Positions 62,638-64,000 of a DNA stretch of 64,000 nt are shown piece after piece. The translations under genes and the position numbers were made by a program. The stretch's first letter is position 1. Each line of letters begins with the position of its first letter. This stretch comes from Mobula hypostoma (Eukaryota), in the NCBI RefSeq assembly GCF_963921235.1, contig NC_086097.1, positions 120,840,001 through 120,904,000 on the forward strand. Direction: 5' to 3'. Under the pieces are notes generated by a model. It was not told the origin of the DNA, searched no databases, and was given only the letters and a program-made list of their open reading frames with translations.

Positions 62638-64000
62638 ATCACAAGATCACAAGACAAAGAAGCAGAAGTGGGCCGTTCAGCCCATCGAGTCTGCTCCGCC
62701 ACTCCACCATGAGCTAAACTATTCTCCCATCTAGTTCCAATTTCCGGCTTTCTCCCCATATCCCTTGATACCCTGACTAATTAGATACCTATCAATCTCC
62801 TCCTTAAACGCCCTCAATGATCAGGCCCCCACAGCTGTATGTGGCAATGAATTCCATAAATCCACGACCCTCTGTCTAAAAAAATTTCTCCTTATCTCTG
62901 TTTTAAATGGGTACCCTCTTATTCTAAGACTGTGGCCTCTTGTCCTGGACTCACTCACCAAGGGAAACAGCCTTTCCACATCTACTCTGTCCAACCCTTT
63001 CAACATTTGAAATGTTTCTACGAGTTTCCCTCTCATTCTTCTATACTCTGATGAATACAATCCAATGTCGACCAACGCTCCTCATATGTTAGCCCCTGCA
63101 TTCCAGGAATCATCCTCGTAAATCTTCTCTGAACTCTCTCCGACATCAGAACATCCCTTCTAAGATAGGGGGCCCAAAACTGCACACAGTATTCCAAATG
63201 AGTTCTCACCAGTGCCCCACAGAGCCTCATCAACACCTCATAATACACTATTCCTCTTGAAATGAATGCCAACATAGCATTCGCTTTCCTTACTGCCAAT
63301 CCAACCTGGTGGTTAACCTTTAGGGTATCCTGCACGAGGACCCCATAGTCCCTTTGCACTTCCGATTTTTGAATTTTCTCCCCATCTAAATAATAATCTG
63401 CCTGATTATTTCTTCTTTCAAAATGTACAACCGTACATTTCTCAACATTGTATCTCATCTGCCGTTTCTTTGCTCACTCTCCTAAACTGACCAAGTCTCT
63501 CTGCAACCTTTCCGTTTCTTCAGCACTTCCTGCTCCTCCACCTATCTTGGTGTCATCTGCAAATTTAGCCACAAAACCATTTAATCCATAATCTAAATCA
63601 TCGATATACATTGTAAAAAGAAGGAGCCCCAACACCAACCCCTGCAGAACACCACTAGTAACCGGCAACCAATCAGAATAGGATCCCTTTATTCCCACCC
63701 TTTGCTTTCTGCCTATCAGCCAATGCTCCACCCATTCCAATATTTTTCCTGTAATTCCATGGGCTCCCATCTTATTAAGCAGCCTCCTTTTGAAAATCCA
63801 AATACACAACATCCACAGCCCCTCCCTTATCAATCTTATTTGAGATTACCTCAAAAAATTCCAATAGGTTGGTGAGGCAGGATCTTCCCTTCATGAAACC
63901 ATGCTGGCTTAGGCCTGTCTTGTCATGCACCTTGAGGTATTTCATAACCTCATCCTTGAGGATCGACTCCAATAATTTTCCAACTACCGATGTCAGACTA
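62638..64000 (-). mobile_element. CR1 LINE 3' portion (RT), disrupted, running off the window end
   Basis: QHGFMKGRSCLTNLLEFFE, YLDFQK, KFADDT, HLEYCVQFWAP and TRGHSLRI. (TCTTGTGA)n tail at ~62638-62655. Confidence 0.92.

Noticed and set aside
1..64000. Prokaryotic systems (CRISPR array, retron, group II intron, DGR)
   Set aside because: All RTs are eukaryotic CR1, Rex1 or PLE types. There is no regularly spaced repeat-spacer array and no operon structure.

Overview
Repeat-dense, non-genic (intronic or intergenic) eukaryotic DNA. The repeat content points to a cartilaginous fish, probably a ray (inference): CR1 LINEs with SGNH-esterase ORF1, Rex1/Babar LINE fragments, V-SINE/HE1-type SINEs, Neptune-type Penelope-like elements (PLEs), Gypsy LTRs and a Tc1 remnant. 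I recognise no host protein-coding exon, RNA gene or CRISPR array. Every ORF I can assign belongs to a transposon and is disrupted. Main features: two near full-length CR1s (22.4-26.6 kb +, 45.5-49.7 kb -), several truncated CR1s, two 3.8-kb fold-back PLE composites (7.2-10.9 kb, 39.3-43.1 kb), a non-autonomous Gypsy element with an internal inversion (6940-12575), and solo LTRs. Most notable observations: (1) about 17 minimal hammerhead ribozyme motifs in PLE pseudo-LTRs, including ~200-bp fold-back mini-elements whose loop is exactly the hammerhead core; (2) the two PLE composites have different target-site duplications (TSDs) and outer arms but an almost identical, equally broken interior; (3) the LTR element has no tRNA primer site but a 15-nt perfect complement to its own LTR; (4) a duplicated ~95-bp element that I cannot assign to any transposon. 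Coordinates were read by eye; boundaries of degraded repeats are approximate.
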